A DNA stretch of 64,000 nucleotides. Source: Camelus dromedarius (taxonomy: Eukaryota). Position numbers and translations under genes: made by a program. Shown here piece after piece: positions 25,658-38,519 of this stretch (its first letter is position 1; every line of letters starts with the position of its first letter). The DNA is taken from assembly GCF_036321535.1 (NCBI RefSeq), contig NC_087437.1, positions 2,852,001 through 2,916,000 of the forward strand, given 5' to 3'. The notes below the pieces were generated by a model. That model did not search any database and had not been told where the DNA came from. It was given only the letters and a program-made list of their open reading frames with translations.

Positions 25658-26954
25658 CTCGAGCAGAAATGAACAATACAAACGTGGCTATCGACCCCCA
25701 TGACTCCTGGGGCTGTCCAACACAAAAATGTCATCTCAACACCATCCCTGGTCTCTGACTCAGTCGATGACCAACAGCACCACAAAATTGATATAATTAA
25801 GCAATAAACTCCCTAGATGATGACCTTGGCCAACCTTAGTATGTAAAGAAGCGTCCCTTCCTTCTCCACCCTCACTGTGCCAATGAGAGCTGCCTTGGGG
25901 ACTTCTTTATAGTTGAACAAAGCTGGTGACAGTGAACCCCTTCCATGGAATGACCCTTGAATATCAAATGCGCCGCTCCTTCTCCGCACAGCATGTGGCC
26001 ACCATTAACATTCCTCATTCTTTTGTGAGGATTACAAACTAATTACAGAATGCATAATTAAGTGCTTCATCTTTCCAATGCTGAAAAGAATAACCAAGCA
26101 TTCCTCCCTTTGAGCTTGATTTTACTATTGGTGACTAGCAACATGATTCACTCTGAAATGGGAGGGGTGTGCCCTGAAGCACACTTTTTACTTTTCAAAC
26201 ATAAGAAATTGGAAGCTTGGGATGGGTTTGATTTTATTTTTTCCCCATAGAAGTAGAATTGATTGGAAGCCCTTTTCTTCTCATCCTTTGTGAATTACTG
26301 TTTAATTTCATGGGGGGGGGGTGTAGCCTCTCCTCACTGGCTGAGGTCAAGGTGGTGGATCTATGAGGCATAAGGCAATGACTGTTAACGTTAATGCATC
26401 ACTCTACTGTTGTTGAAGCTCGTTTGTACCTGTGTATTATTTCGTACTGACAACAAGCCTGTAATAAAGGTGTTTTTATTTCCAGTTTATAGGCAGGGCT
26501 CATGAAGTTCAAGGAGTTACTGTGATTCAGAGTCATACTACTAACTAAAGAATGATTGGGGTTTTGGCCAGGGTCAGCATAATTCTAGAATTCCACATAT
26601 GCCCTCTTAACCATTGTGGACAGGGGGAGGGGTCGGCTGGGGAAGTCCTGTTTGGAGGCTGCTTTGGGCTACCCCATTTCATCCCTAGTGTTCCCTTGTG
26701 TCTGACACAACCCAGCACTGCCCTTGTGATATCTGGTGGTTGGCAGGTGGGAGTCGAGTTACGGCAGTGCAAAGTAAACAGGCAAATCCACCCATTAAAG
26801 GGCGTAGAGGTAACACTGTCTGAATGTCGAGGTTTGATTGGTTTGATTATGGGGTTGGACCTTGTTATGACATGATAGCCCCTTAAAATGGCTTAGAAAG
26901 TGTGGAGTAAGCCTCCACAGACATGAGGATGCTTCAACACAATTAGACTTGTGG

Positions 26955-27705
26955 ATAGGGAAAAACTCTTTGTCATTTCTCTGCTCACACTCACAACACT
27001 TCTGATGCTGGGTGTGTGGGTTTTCCCCACACTGACCAACCCTCCGACACTAGCTGATTGTCCTGAAATTCAATTCAGTTCCGATACTATCTTCCTAGAG
27101 TTAATATCAGATTCTGCAAATTAAGGGCACAGTCCCACAAGATTGCTCCCACTTCAGAGGCAAATCACAAGACCTAAGCTGCCACTTGTATTTCTGACCA
27201 AGCAGCTATAAACCAGGGTTCCCCTGACCTCTTGCTAGAACAGCTCCCAAGACTCAGGGAAACACTAACATATACTGATTTATCACATAGTAAATGACAT
27301 GATAAAGGAGAAAGAGAAGCAGCTAGATGAAGAGATACACAGGCAAGGACTGGGCACAAACACTTCTGTGGCCTTCGGGTGAGTCACCCTCTGGCCATTT
27401 GAATGTGGTCTCCGACCCGGAAGTTCTCCAAACCCTACAGTCTAGGGAGTTTAACAAAGACTTTATCATATAAGCATGACAGATTATTAACTCAATTTCT
27501 AGTTCTCTTCCTCTTCCTGGAAACTGTTAGGTAGGACTCAAAGTTCCGAGCTTCTAATCATGGCTTGCTCTTCCTGGTGACCAGTCCCATCCAGGAGCCC
27601 ATCAAGAGTTGCCTGATTAGAATAAAAGATGCTCTTATCACCCGGGAAATTACAAGAGATTCAGGAACTTTGTGTCAGGAACTGGGGTCAAAGACCAAAT
27701 ATTAG
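26955..27705. mobile_element. Old ERV LTR (MER21-like); related fragment at 53985-54320 in the opposite orientation
   Basis: The two loci share reverse-complement text (cagtcccacaagattgc / gcagtcttgtgggactg). Confidence 0.6.
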
Positions 27706-27749
27706 CAGGAACCAGTATCTATCTGTCTGTCTGTTTAATTTACCAAGCA

Positions 27750-29066
27750 GGACCTACACTGACACATCAGAATCACCCAAAGTCCATGGTTTGCCTCAAG
27801 ATTCACTCCTGGTGGTGTACATTCCGTGGGTTTGGACAAATATATAATAACATGTACCCATTATTTTAACCTCATGTGGACTATTTTCACTGTCCTAAAA
27901 GTCCTCCGAGCTTTGCCCATTCATTTGGATTTTGGCCATTCCAGTAGTCACGTAGAGGTATCTCACTGTCGTTTTAATCTGCATTTCTCCAATGACATTT
28001 GATGTGTAGCATCTTTTCATGTGCTTATTTGCCATCTGTGCATCTTTTTGGTGAGGTGTCTGTTATGGTCTTTGGCCCACTTTTTAATTGGGTTGTTTGG
28101 TTTCTTACTGTTGAATTTTAAGTGTTCTTTGTACATTTTGGATAACAGTCCTTAATCAGATATGTCATTTGCAGATATTTTCTCCTAGCCTGTGGCTTGT
28201 CTTCCAATTCTCTTGCTATTGTATTTCACAGAGCTTTTAATTTTAATGACGTTTTTAACTTTAGTGAAGTCCAGTTTATCAATGACTTCCTTCAGGGACT
28301 GTCTCTTTGGTATTGTATCTAAAAAGGTATCGCCACACCCAAGAACATCTACATTTCCTCCTATGTTATCCTCTAGGAATTTTATATTTTTGCATTTTAC
28401 ATTCAGGTCTAAGATCTATTTTGAGTTAACTTCTATGAAGTGCCTAAGATCTTGTCTAGATTCATTTTTTGGCACACAAATTTCTAGTTGTTTCAGCACC
28501 ATTTATTGAAGAGACTGTCTTTACTCCATTGTATTGCCTTTTCTCCATTGCCAGAGATTTATGGGGCTCTGTTTCTGGGCTCTCTATCTTGTTCTGTTAA
28601 TTTATTTGTCTTATCTTTTGCCAGTACTACCCTGTCTAGATTACTGTAGCTTTATAGTAAATCTTCAAGTCAGGTTGCAGCAGTCATCCAACTTTATTCT
28701 TTTCTCCTTCAATATTGTATTGGCTATTCTGAGTATATAGAAAACTTTAGAATCAGTTTGTCTGTGTTCATAAAATAACTTGGTGGGATTTTGATTGTGA
28801 TTTCATTGAAACTGCAGATAACATGGGGAAGAACTGACATCTTGATAATATTATCTTTCTATTCATGAATGTGGAACATGTCCTCATTTATAGTTTTCCT
28901 TTGATTTTGTTCATCAGAATTTTGTAGTTTTCTTCATATAGATCTTGGACATATTTTTGTTAGATTCTTACCTAAGTATTTCATTATGGGGAGTGCTAAT
29001 GTAAATGACATTATGTCAAATTCCACTTGTTCATTGTTGACATATAGGAAAGCAGTCAACTTTTGT
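27750..29066 (-). mobile_element. Old L1 (L1M-type) ORF2/3' region
   Basis: Degenerate T-rich L1 ORF2 antisense sequence. Confidence 0.85.
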
Positions 29067-29094
29067 AAAATATTTGTTTTAAAATTAATTTTGT

Positions 29095-30255
29095 ACAAAA
29101 TATGTTCTTGATCACAGAGGAATTAAATTAGAAATCAATAACAAAAAGAAATTTGGAAAACTCACAAACATGTGGAAATTGAGCAGCACATCTAAATACC
29201 CAGTAAGTTAAGAAGAAATCACAGGGGAAATTTAAAAATAGTTTGAGGTGAATGAAAATGAAGACATAACATACAAAAACTGTGAGATGCAGCTAAAGTA
29301 GTGCTTAGAGGGAAATTTTTAGCTGTAAAATGCCTGTATTAGAAAAGAATAAAGATCTGAAATCTCTCAGTTGAAGGCATTGGAAAAACAAAGAGCAAAC
29401 TAAACCTAAAATAAGCAGAAGAAAGGGAATAATAATGACTAGAGTGGAAATTAATGACACGAAAAAGTGAAAAACAGTAAAGTCAACGAAACCAAAAGTT
29501 ATTTTTTTAAAAAGATCAACAAAATTGACCAAACTTTAGCTAGATTATCCAAGAATAAAAAGAGAAAACTCAAATTACTAATATCAGAAATGAAAGAGGA
29601 GACATTATTGCTATCTTAGTCAGCTCAGGCTGCTTAATAACAAAAGACCACACCCTGGGTGGCTTATCAGAAATCAGAATTTCCTTCTCACAGTTCTAGA
29701 AGCTGGGAAGTCTGAGGTCAGTGGCCAGCATGGCCAGGTTCTGGTGAGAGCAGACCGCTGGCTTCTTGCACCCTCCCATGGCAGAAAAAGAGTGCTCGCT
29801 GTTTGGCCTTTCTAAAGGGTGCTAATCCCATTCATGAGGGCGCCACCCTCCTTACCTAATTACCAAAGTTTTACTTCCAAACAGCACCACACTGAGGGCT
29901 GGATTTCAACAGATAAATTTTGGGGGAACACAACATTCAGCCTTTAACACTAACCTGACAGAAATTTTAAGAAAGGATGTTAAAGAAATACTATGAGCAG
30001 TTGTATGCCTGTAAGTTAGATAACGTAGGTAAAATGCACACATCTCTAGAAAGACACAAATTACCAAAATGAAATCAAGAAGCAGCATGTCTGACCTGGG
30101 CAATAAGTAAAGGGACTGAATTAGTAATTAAAAAAAAATACTCACAATGAAAATCTCAGGCCCACGTGGCTTCTCTGGTGAATTCTTCATTTACAGAATA
30201 AGGAGTACTAATTTTTCGCAAACTCTTCCAGGAAATAGAAGAGGAAGGAACATGA
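29095..30255 (+). mobile_element. Old L1 ORF2 segment, inverted relative to its neighbour
   Basis: gaattaaattagaaatcaataac...aaactcttccaggaaatagaagagg. Confidence 0.85.
29612..29949. mobile_element. MaLR (MLT1A-like) solo LTR inserted in the L1
   Basis: tatcttagtcagctcaggctgc...cattcagcctttaaca; L1 text resumes afterwards. Confidence 0.8.
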
Positions 30256-31307
30256 CTAATACAGTCTGCTTTTTCAGTGCCCAGCCCCACACTTCAGTCC
30301 CCGGTTTATAATGCAGCCCTTGCCTCCTGGCTTGCTAACTTACCCTTTCGGTTTGGCCTTGGAGTCCTTACATGTGGACTGCCCCTTGGGAGAAACCTAA
30401 TGAGATGAAGCCCCCAGTCCTGGACCTATTCCCATCTCTTAGTTTGGGGCTCCGAGGACAGACCTGGTTCAGTTGAGATGCTGTCTCTCTGTGTCACTCC
30501 CCTGGGTTAAGAGACGATTTAGTCACACAGGAGATACAAAGTCTAGACCTGACTCCATCGGGCCTCTGGTTGTGCTGAAGCCAGCCAACAGCTGTACGGA
30601 CCTCTGAGAATCTGCAACAACTGGTTCCAGGTCGGCTTCCAGTCAGGCTCTGTCTGCTACCACCAGGTCAGGGGATGGGGTGCCACAGGATGTGCAAACA
30701 CATGGCTAGGTTTAGCCTTTACAGGAAAACGGCCCATCTTTAAGAGGTCCCTGACCCCAGTCAGCAGGACACCTCAGTGGCTACATCTGGCTTTACGAGC
30801 TAGAGCAGAAGCTTCTTGGAATAAATTCATTCATAGGAAGCACTTGTAACAATGTCTGGGATGTAAAAAACCCAGCAAATGTTAACTATTGTTGTTCGTC
30901 GCTTTTATGGTGCCTGACTGTGAATGGAGACTCAGTAAATGATAATTCACCACTACTGCTAACTCATGCTGCCCTGCAACCTCACAGAGTTTATAGGAAA
31001 TCAAGACAGAAAATAACCCTGTGGGGTCTTGGTAATCTTGGTAATCGGCAAGGCATGAAATAAACACAAGAGGACAAGTTCCTGGTAATAGCTGTAATCA
31101 TGATTTTCAAAGAAATGTGAGAAAAAATAATAGACACACATCAAAGTATTTTGACTAACTGATAGCTACAAAAGGTTATGAAATGCTTAGCAGGGTTAAA
31201 CAACACAGTCCCTTTAGTGGAACCTGACCTTAGACCTGCTGTGGAATTAATGGCTTTTAATGACAAGAAAAACTTATGTCTATATAAGCATAGATTTAGC
31301 ATATGTT

Positions 31308-31744
31308 TTTTTTAAAAATTTTTATTGTTTGTTTGTTTGTTTGTTTATTTATTTATCAGTTACAATGTGTCACTCTCTGGTGTACAGCACAATGTCCCAG
31401 TCATGCATAGACATACATACATTCGTTTTTATGTTCTTTTTCATTAAAGGTTATTACAAGATATTGAATATAGTTCCCTGTGCTATACGGAAGAAATCTG
31501 TTTTTTTATCTATTTTTATATATAGTGGTTAACCTTTGCAAATCTCAAACTCGCAAATGTATCCCTTCCCACCCCCTTTCCCCTGTAACCATAAGACTGT
31601 TTATTATGTATGCGAGTCTGTTTCTGTTTTGTAGATGAGTTCATAGTGTCCTTTTTTTTTTTTTTAAGATTCCACATATAAGTGATATCATATGGTATTT
31701 TTCTTCCTCTTTCTGGCTCAGTTTACTTAGAATGACAATCATTC
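31308..31744 (-). mobile_element. L1 3' fragment
   Basis: Same subfamily text as 14880-15246. Confidence 0.9.
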
Positions 31745-32084
31745 TATTTTTTTTTTATTGAATTATAGCCGGTTTACAATGTTGTGTTAATTTCTAGTAT
31801 ACAGCATAGTGATTCAGTTATACACATATATGTATATATATTCCTTTTCAGTCTTTTTCATTATAGGTTATTACAAGAACTGAGTATAGTTCCCTATGCA
31901 CTACGGTAGGGCCTTGTTTATCCTGTTTTGTGATTTTCCTTGTAGTTCCGAGTGTTATGAGATCTTCTGCCAGAGTCCAGCAGGTGTTCTGTGAGAAGGG
32001 TTTCACATGTAGGTGTAGTTTTGATGTTTTTATGGGAGGGGGTGAGCTCTGTGTCCTTCTGCTGCTCTGTCTTGAAGCCCCTCC
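31745..32084 (-). mobile_element. Spliced L1 retrocopy: 5'UTR start joined to the 3'UTR
   Basis: 31922-32084 resembles an L1 5' terminus and 31745-31921 is 3'UTR. Outer TSD agattta(g/t)catatgtt. Confidence 0.7.
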
Positions 32085-32943
32085 AGATTTATCATATGTT
32101 GATAGTCATTCTAGGATGTGCATTTGGAGACAGTTCACACTAACGATTCCTCACATTTTCTTTCTCATTATCTTGTTAGAATTGAGGGAGAGGACTATTT
32201 TTGAACTTGAGAGCTGCTTAAAGAGAATGAGGTTCCCATTGTTTTTAATATGCCTTAATTACTCCAGGGAGAGTCAGCCAGGGGCTAAGAATATTTTATA
32301 AAAATAATCCCCAAACACTGTGTTCTCTCCCTCACCTCTGCCCCCTCCTGCCTGGTGGGATCTTGGTTTCCTCCAAAGTGTTCTTGAAATCCCTGGTGCA
32401 GGTCTCACACGCGCTCTTGCTGTCCCCCCCCCCCCCCCCAACTGCCTTTAGGCTTTTCCTCTCTGATCTGCTGTGGCGCTTTCCTTCAAGCCCTGCCCCA
32501 CCATCCCAATGGGGCGTTGCTGCCTCAGGGGTGCCAGTCCCCGTCTCAAAGCCCCTGGTGCTAACCCCGTGTGTCCTGTCATCACAGAACCTGCTGCTAC
32601 TAATGTCCTCTTGATGGCCCAAGAAGATCACGGACAGAAAAACCTGCACTCCCTCCCTTGTTTACTGCAGCCCCCTACCCCGTGATTCAGATTTGAGTCT
32701 GCGGAGGTGAGGGAATAATTGGGGGTGACTTGCCCACCTCATGAGCACCTGCACCCCCTCAGAGACGGAGCCCTGCCCTGGGACCACACTGCCCCTCGCC
32801 CTGGCCCCTCCCCACTGGGTCCTAGAAACTTCCAACGTCCCTGCGGCCCACATCCCAAGGCAGAAGCAGCCTGGGACCATTCTTGGGCTCCCACTACCAC
32901 TAACGAAGTCCAACTGGCAATTAATTTTGAAAATCCAGCTGAC

Positions 32944-33012
32944 CTGTTTTCTTTAACAAAGGAAGCGTCTTACAAAGAAGTACTTCCTATTTCCAGAAGA
33001 TCCTTACAATCC
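32944..33012 (-). pseudogene. Candidate 69-nt exon DCKDLLEIGSTSL*DASFVKEN
   Basis: Acceptor cctcctgtag, donor CAG|gtcagc, one in-frame TAA. Confidence 0.4.
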
Positions 33013-33597
33013 CTACAGGAGGCCCCCCAGACGCCCCCTGGGCTGACGTTACACCGAACACACCCTAGTGCAGGGTCTGGAGTCCCGTCTGGGTTTGAAT
33101 CCTATCTGCGCCAATTCAGTTAGCTCCGTGACCTGGGCAAGGTGCTTCCGCTCTGTGAGACTGGATTTATTCATCTGTAAAAATAAGGATAAAAAGAATT
33201 TTTTGTGAGCTGGTTGTGAGCACAAATTGGTATACATAAGGTGTTTAATAGGGAATGTGGCCCATAGTGAACACTAGAGGGCCAAGACCACCCTGTAGTC
33301 ATCATGGCATCTTGAAATAACATAAAAGAAAACAAAGATTATTCTGGCCCAGAGTAACAGGGGAGAGTTTTAATATTTTTGTGAAGTCTAAGATAAACAG
33401 AAAATGAGATTCCTCAGGCCTGCCTCAAACTGTAAAATTTCAGCCTGAAATTAACATTCCATGACAAGAATATTAATATTTATAGCAAGAAATCTCTTTT
33501 CCTCGTGCAAAGGGTGGGAAGGGGGCATGGCTAGCTGAGGTGGGACAGGTTAGCTAACTGCTGCCCCTTTTCCCTGGGAGGTACTTTCTTTCCCCCA

Positions 33598-33770
33598 CTT
33601 TTTAAAATTGAAGTATACAGTCAGTTTACTATGTTGTGTCAATTTCTGGTGTACAGCATCAGAAATTGCATGTTTCAGTCATACATATACTTACATATAT
33701 TCTTTTTCATATTCTTTTCCATTATATGCTATTATAAGATATTGAACATAGTTCCCTGTGCTATGCAGAA
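33598..33770 (-). mobile_element. L1 3'UTR fragment
   Basis: 3'UTR motifs. Confidence 0.85.
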
Positions 33771-34360
33771 GAACCATGTGGCTGTCTGCTCAGGACATTT
33801 TACCAGACGTCTCGGGAATGGGTTTGTCTCCCATGGCTGTGTCAGAGCAATGGCCGCCGCCCCCACTTCACAGCTGAGCACGTGCTAGAACTTCCCTGAA
33901 GTAGCTGAATTTCTAGGATCAGAATCCAGGTCACCTGACCATGGACCGGCGCACATCCCATCTGATGACTCTGACCTCCTTTTGTGGAAAGGAGAGGAAA
34001 GTTTATTTCATTAGCACTTGAGGAACAATTCCATGGTCCCAGAAGAAGGTACCATTTCCGTCTGGCCTAACATTTCAATTAAAGCACCATGGAAATCAGC
34101 AAATCTTACAAACAGTCCACCCCTCCCACATCAGCTATTAAGCAGTTACCAGCACCCCCTTGCTAGCCTTCCAAGACAGGGCTTCTCTCCTCTGTCAGTT
34201 GATATCAGCATTATTTTCTAAAATCGCTGTTTTCTCTGCTACACCTGCACTGTCGCAGAAGCCCTGGGGATGTGTGTTTACTGAGTGCTTGAAACATGTT
34301 AGTTTGAACTGAGATGTGCTGTAAGAGTAAAATACACACCAGATTTTCAAGACTTAATGT

Positions 34361-34475
34361 TTTTTAAAATTTATTTTTATTTTTATTATTTTTTTTAGTG
34401 GAGGTACTGGAGATTGGGCCCAGGACTTTGCACATGCTAAGCATCCACTTTACCACTGAGCTATGCCCTTCCCCC
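34361..34475 (-). mobile_element. tRNA-Ala-derived SINE inserted in a MER3/MER33-like relic (about 34280-34700)
   Basis: caagactt flanks; the host sequence continues on both sides. Confidence 0.85.
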
Positions 34476-34899
34476 ACCAAGACTTGGTATGAAAAGCAGA
34501 ACATGCGATATCTCATTAATAATTTTTAAGGTATCGATGATGTTGAAATGATCATCTTTTGGCTATGGTTGGTTTCATGAAATATATCACTAACATTAGG
34601 TTCACCCTTGATTTTTTGCTTCTGTGACTGCGGCTGCTAGAAAATGTAACATGATACATGTGGCCCCCATTGTCCGTCTGTCTGGCAGTGTGGTTGGACA
34701 GGAGCACAGTGTCTGCTATACAGCAGGTGCTCAATAAATGTGCATTGACTGAATGTGTGGGAGACAGTGGAGCCGAGGTGATGGCTCTGCAGGGAGTGAT
34801 TGAGTGGGACCTTATCGTCTGTAGGCTGTACATTTGTTAGAGCTGGAAGGGATGCAGGCCAAGTTCTCTGCCAGTGACCGCCCCCATCCTCAGGTTTCC

Positions 34900-35502
34900 T
34901 GGTGAGGGCATCCTGCCTATGCAGGAACGTGTTTAGTGACTGAGAACCTAGTGCCTCAAGAAGGAGAGGGCATCTCCAGCAATCCCCGTGCCCAGCCAGG
35001 GGCACCCTCCCTCCCAGCAGTGACCTGGATGGTAAGAGTTGCTCCAGATCCTGCCCCCCTCCCTCTTCCCCACTGGCCCCACTGTTGGCCTCCTTCGCGG
35101 GTCCCTCCTCCTCATCCAGCTCCAGTTGTTTTGGTGACACATGTGCATAGTCCTCTGGGATTTTGAATCCGTTCTTTCTCAAGTGTTGCTGCCTCTTTGG
35201 TTGCTCCCTCAGCCTCACACATCCCAGCTCGCAAGGAAGGAAAGGGTGCAGCCTCGCTCTCAAATGAAAGACCATTGGCTTGAGGCGCCGTCCAGAGCCT
35301 GTGCAGTTCAGACAGGGGACCTGGGACGGGAGCAGAACCCCTCCTCCACTGCGGGGTGGCGTTTGTCCAGGGGAAAGCTTAGAATTTGCTCCCAGAAATT
35401 TCCACCCGTCAGTCCATCTTCCTCTGCCTCCTTCTCCACCTCTTCATCATTTAATAAAAATGGATAATATTTGTAGAAAAATTTCTTAAGCCATTAGCTC
35501 TG
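34900..35502 (-). pseudogene. Candidate exon QS*WLKKFFYKYYPFLLNDEEVEKEAEEDGLT...; probably continues (frameshifted) into ORF 34637-35275
   Basis: Acceptor tctgctctgttccag. Phase 0 matches exon 35650-35826. The 3' boundary is unknown. Confidence 0.5.
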
Positions 35503-35649
35503 CTGGAACAGAGCAGACTGTAAAGGGTAAGTGAAGCTTAACAAAGGGAGGGCACTTCTCAGTCTTCAATTTAGGAATAGTATTTCATGACACACTGAGG
35601 CCCGAGCTCAGATTCACTCATCCGAGCCAGCCCTGGTGTTGGTCTCCAC

Positions 35650-35826
35650 CTTGTTCCCCAGCAGGGTGCCTTAGAAAGGCCCTTCTGAAGGGTTTGTATA
35701 CTGTCGCCACGGTAACCGGGTTCCATGGTAACCAGGCGCAGTTAGGATGGTGGTCGCCAGTAACGCTATGTCATTGAAGTAGCCAGTCTTTTTCACCATC
35801 GCTGCCAATAACAAGGCTGCCTTGTT
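35650..35826 (-). pseudogene. Candidate exon (59 codons) NKAALLLAAMVKKTGYFNDIALLATTILTAPGYHGTRLPWRQYTNPSEGPF*GTLLGNK
   Basis: Acceptor tcctgtccccag, weak donor AAG|gtggag, phase 0-0, a single TAA. Confidence 0.55.
35703..35812. promoter_or_regulatory. Cluster of RFX X-box-like motifs
   Basis: GTCGCCACGGTAAC (35703-35716), GGTTCCATGGTAAC (35719-35732, reverse complement GTTACCATGGAACC), GTCGCCAGTAAC (35753-35764) and GCTGCCAATAAC (35801-35812). CpG is locally retained. Confidence 0.6.
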
Positions 35827-36129
35827 CTGGGGACAGGACTAGGGCACCCCAGCAGCGCACAGGTGTCCAGTGGAAACGAAATCGCTTCTCAAAGGTCGCT
35901 GTACGATCACCACTGAGCTCCACTGACCCACCCCGTAAAAAGCACAGCCCGCTCACGCCCACCCACGCCTCCCTGCTCTTAGCATCTCTTGGCCAGGAGA
36001 GCCGCTGAGCAGTTACATTAAGTGGCGATGTTCTGGCTCTCAGCTAGTTTTCACCACCCAAGCTAGTTTACTGCCTTTTTGGCCTCTGGTAACTCACTGG
36101 GAAACAGTAGCACCATTAAAATTTTTTCT

Positions 36130-36270
36130 GGGGAGGAGGGCACAGCTCAGGGGCAGAGCATGTGCTTAGCAAGCACGAGGTCCTGGGTTCGATCCCCAGT
36201 GCCTCCATTAAAAAATAAAAATAAACAAATAAATAAACCTAATTACCTCTCGTCACAAAATAAAAAAAAA
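36130..36270 (+). mobile_element. tRNA-Ala-derived SINE
   Basis: TSD attaaaa(c)ttttttctgg. Confidence 0.9.
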
Positions 36271-37370
36271 TTAAAACTTTTTTCTGGATGGCATGTGAAC
36301 ACAGGTGGCCCTGCTTTCACATCCAGAGTGACAATAGCGCGGGCACAATGGGAAGACCCGGGCTGGTATGCCGCTTTGCAGCTCGCCGAGCTCTGCTGTC
36401 ATCATGACGTTTCATCCGCCCGTGAACCCTGGGAGGCACTGATTGTCCCCATTTTACAGATGGAGAGGAGAACGAGCCTCAGAAAACAGAAATGTCTTAT
36501 TCAAAACCCCCAAACGGGTAGCGGAGGGGCTGGGCAGACTAGGCCTTGTCAACCCCTACACTGTCTGCTGGCTGCCCCGCTGACTTGAGGACGAGTGCTC
36601 CGTGTCTCCCCAGCCTTTTCCTTGCTGTTCCTCCAAAGCCATTTAACCTGCTCCGTTCCATGCGTGGGGAACGGTCTGCCTGCTCTGCTTCTCACGCTGC
36701 TGCCTTTGTGTTCTCTTTCAGGAATTTCCACTAGCTTCCCTCCTCCCGCCCCCCCCCCCCCACCTGCCCAGAAAGTGTCTCCTGATCTTTAGAACTCGGG
36801 TGAAGCATCTGTGAGATATTCCTGGAACCCCACTTCTTCATTAGGAAAAGAGCTGTTGTTCTAAGGAACGCCTTTCATTAATTTCCCCATCTGTCCCTCT
36901 GCTAGCCCATGAACGGACTGAGGGCAGGGCCTGATACTCTTTACCTCTGTATTTCCAGGAGCTGCCTCCGTGTCCCAAACTGAGTAGAAACTTTCTACTT
37001 AATAACTTAATTTTGATGTGAAAGGCCCACGGGGACTTCTCACAGTTAATCCCAATTCAGTTCCATTTGATTCATGGATATGCTGTTCCGTTCCCTGGAC
37101 GGACGCATCCCTGCAGGGGACGCGCTGGTTGCCCTCCCTTGCTGGCGAGGCGTTCCATGAAGGCACAACTTAATTTCCGTGTGATTGTCCGAAGGAGAGC
37201 CCTTATCTTCCGTGGCCGAGATGATCAGTATTTATGGTTCCTTCCCAATCTTCCGTCTTCAGTTTATGGTTCCAGCTAGCACATTTTTCTATAAAATGTG
37301 TGTTAGCAATTACTGTGTACAGGGTGCAATTTACAGCCCTTATGACTTGGAGAAATTTGAAAAATGACTT

Positions 37371-37531
37371 GTTCTTGGCTCAAGAAGGCTGGACACTTGA
37401 CAGTTTTCTCATCTCTTTATGGCTGTGCTGAAAACAATTTATTTTCTCAGCCAACGCAATTTCCCAGTCATTGTAGCTCCCACACTGGTCCTTCTCAGTG
37501 AAGATAACAGTCTGAGATGACACTACTTTTC
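37371..37531 (-). pseudogene. Candidate exon KVVSSQTVIFTEKDQCGSYNDWEIALAEKINCFQHSHKEMRKLSSVQPS*
   Basis: Strong acceptor ttcccttcttctcatttag. Open for about 49 codons. Donor uncertain. Confidence 0.5.
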
Positions 37532-38304
37532 CTAAATGAGAAGAAGGGAATTGTAGGCAGGTTGCCACTGGGTTCCTACGGCTTTATTTTGCCTGGAGCT
37601 TTCATTGCTCTCTTCCTTCATATATGCTTGCACAAATTTCCGGTGTTTTCAATTAAAGGAGTATCTTTCAGAAGGTTACCTGCTCAGAACTAGATGATGG
37701 GGTACTTGAATATCATGAGACAAGCATCAGTGTTGGTACACGTGGTGGACAGTCTCAGTGTCTTTCCCCTGGTCCCTGCTCACAGAATTTAATTTCCGGC
37801 AGGAATACATCCAGTCTCGACAGAACCCGTGTGATCAGTGTCAGTGTACCACGGCTTTCTGGCTTTTCTTTGCCAGATAATTCCTTTCTCTGACTCCCGA
37901 GAAGCTAGGGGTAGAATTGTGAGTGTCCGTAAGCTTAAAGGAAAGGGTTTTTAACTAGGCTGCTCCTGTCTCCAACACTTCTTGCCTTGGGACCTTGAGG
38001 GGACAAGCCTCAGGTTAAAGAACCGAATCTTTGGATGATGGAGAGAAAGGACAGCTCACAGGATGTCTGAGGACACATTTGAGCTTCTGAACCCACCATA
38101 GCGTCCCCAGGTCTGGACTTGTGAAGCCAGCCATAAATACCTTTAAACTTCAAGCAAATGTGAGATTGCCCGTTACTTGTAGACTAATGCCCACGACTGA
38201 TGTAATACAGTGAGCGCTGCATTTCCACCGCGTAGCCGTCAGGGACTCTAGCCCCATGTAGATACCTGTCTCTGCCCAGATGAAGAGGGGCTCCTCTAAA
38301 ATAC

Positions 38305-38519
38305 ATGGATTTCCCCCCATTTCTTCATAAATTCAGCTTGCATGAATTTGCATTTAATCTGTACTCTTTTCTCTGCCATCTCGGATCTTCTCAGCATTTT
38401 TGTCTTAATATTTATAGGCAACAGCAGGTAGAAAGTGAATCTGTCCCAACAATTATAATGAGCACTTTGCTTTCCTTTTTGGACTGTATGACTATCTCTT
38501 TCATCCAGGCCAGTCCTAT
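38305..38519 (-). pseudogene. Candidate exon ...IKTKMLRRSEMAEKRVQIKCKFMQAEFMKKWGEIH
   Basis: A 71-codon open frame. Boundaries uncertain; the upstream AG lies in a MER relic. Confidence 0.35.

Noticed and set aside
34637..35275. 212-aa ORF as an intact single-exon gene
   Set aside because: Its 3' part runs into repeat relics and I recognise no homology. It is more likely part of a decayed exon.
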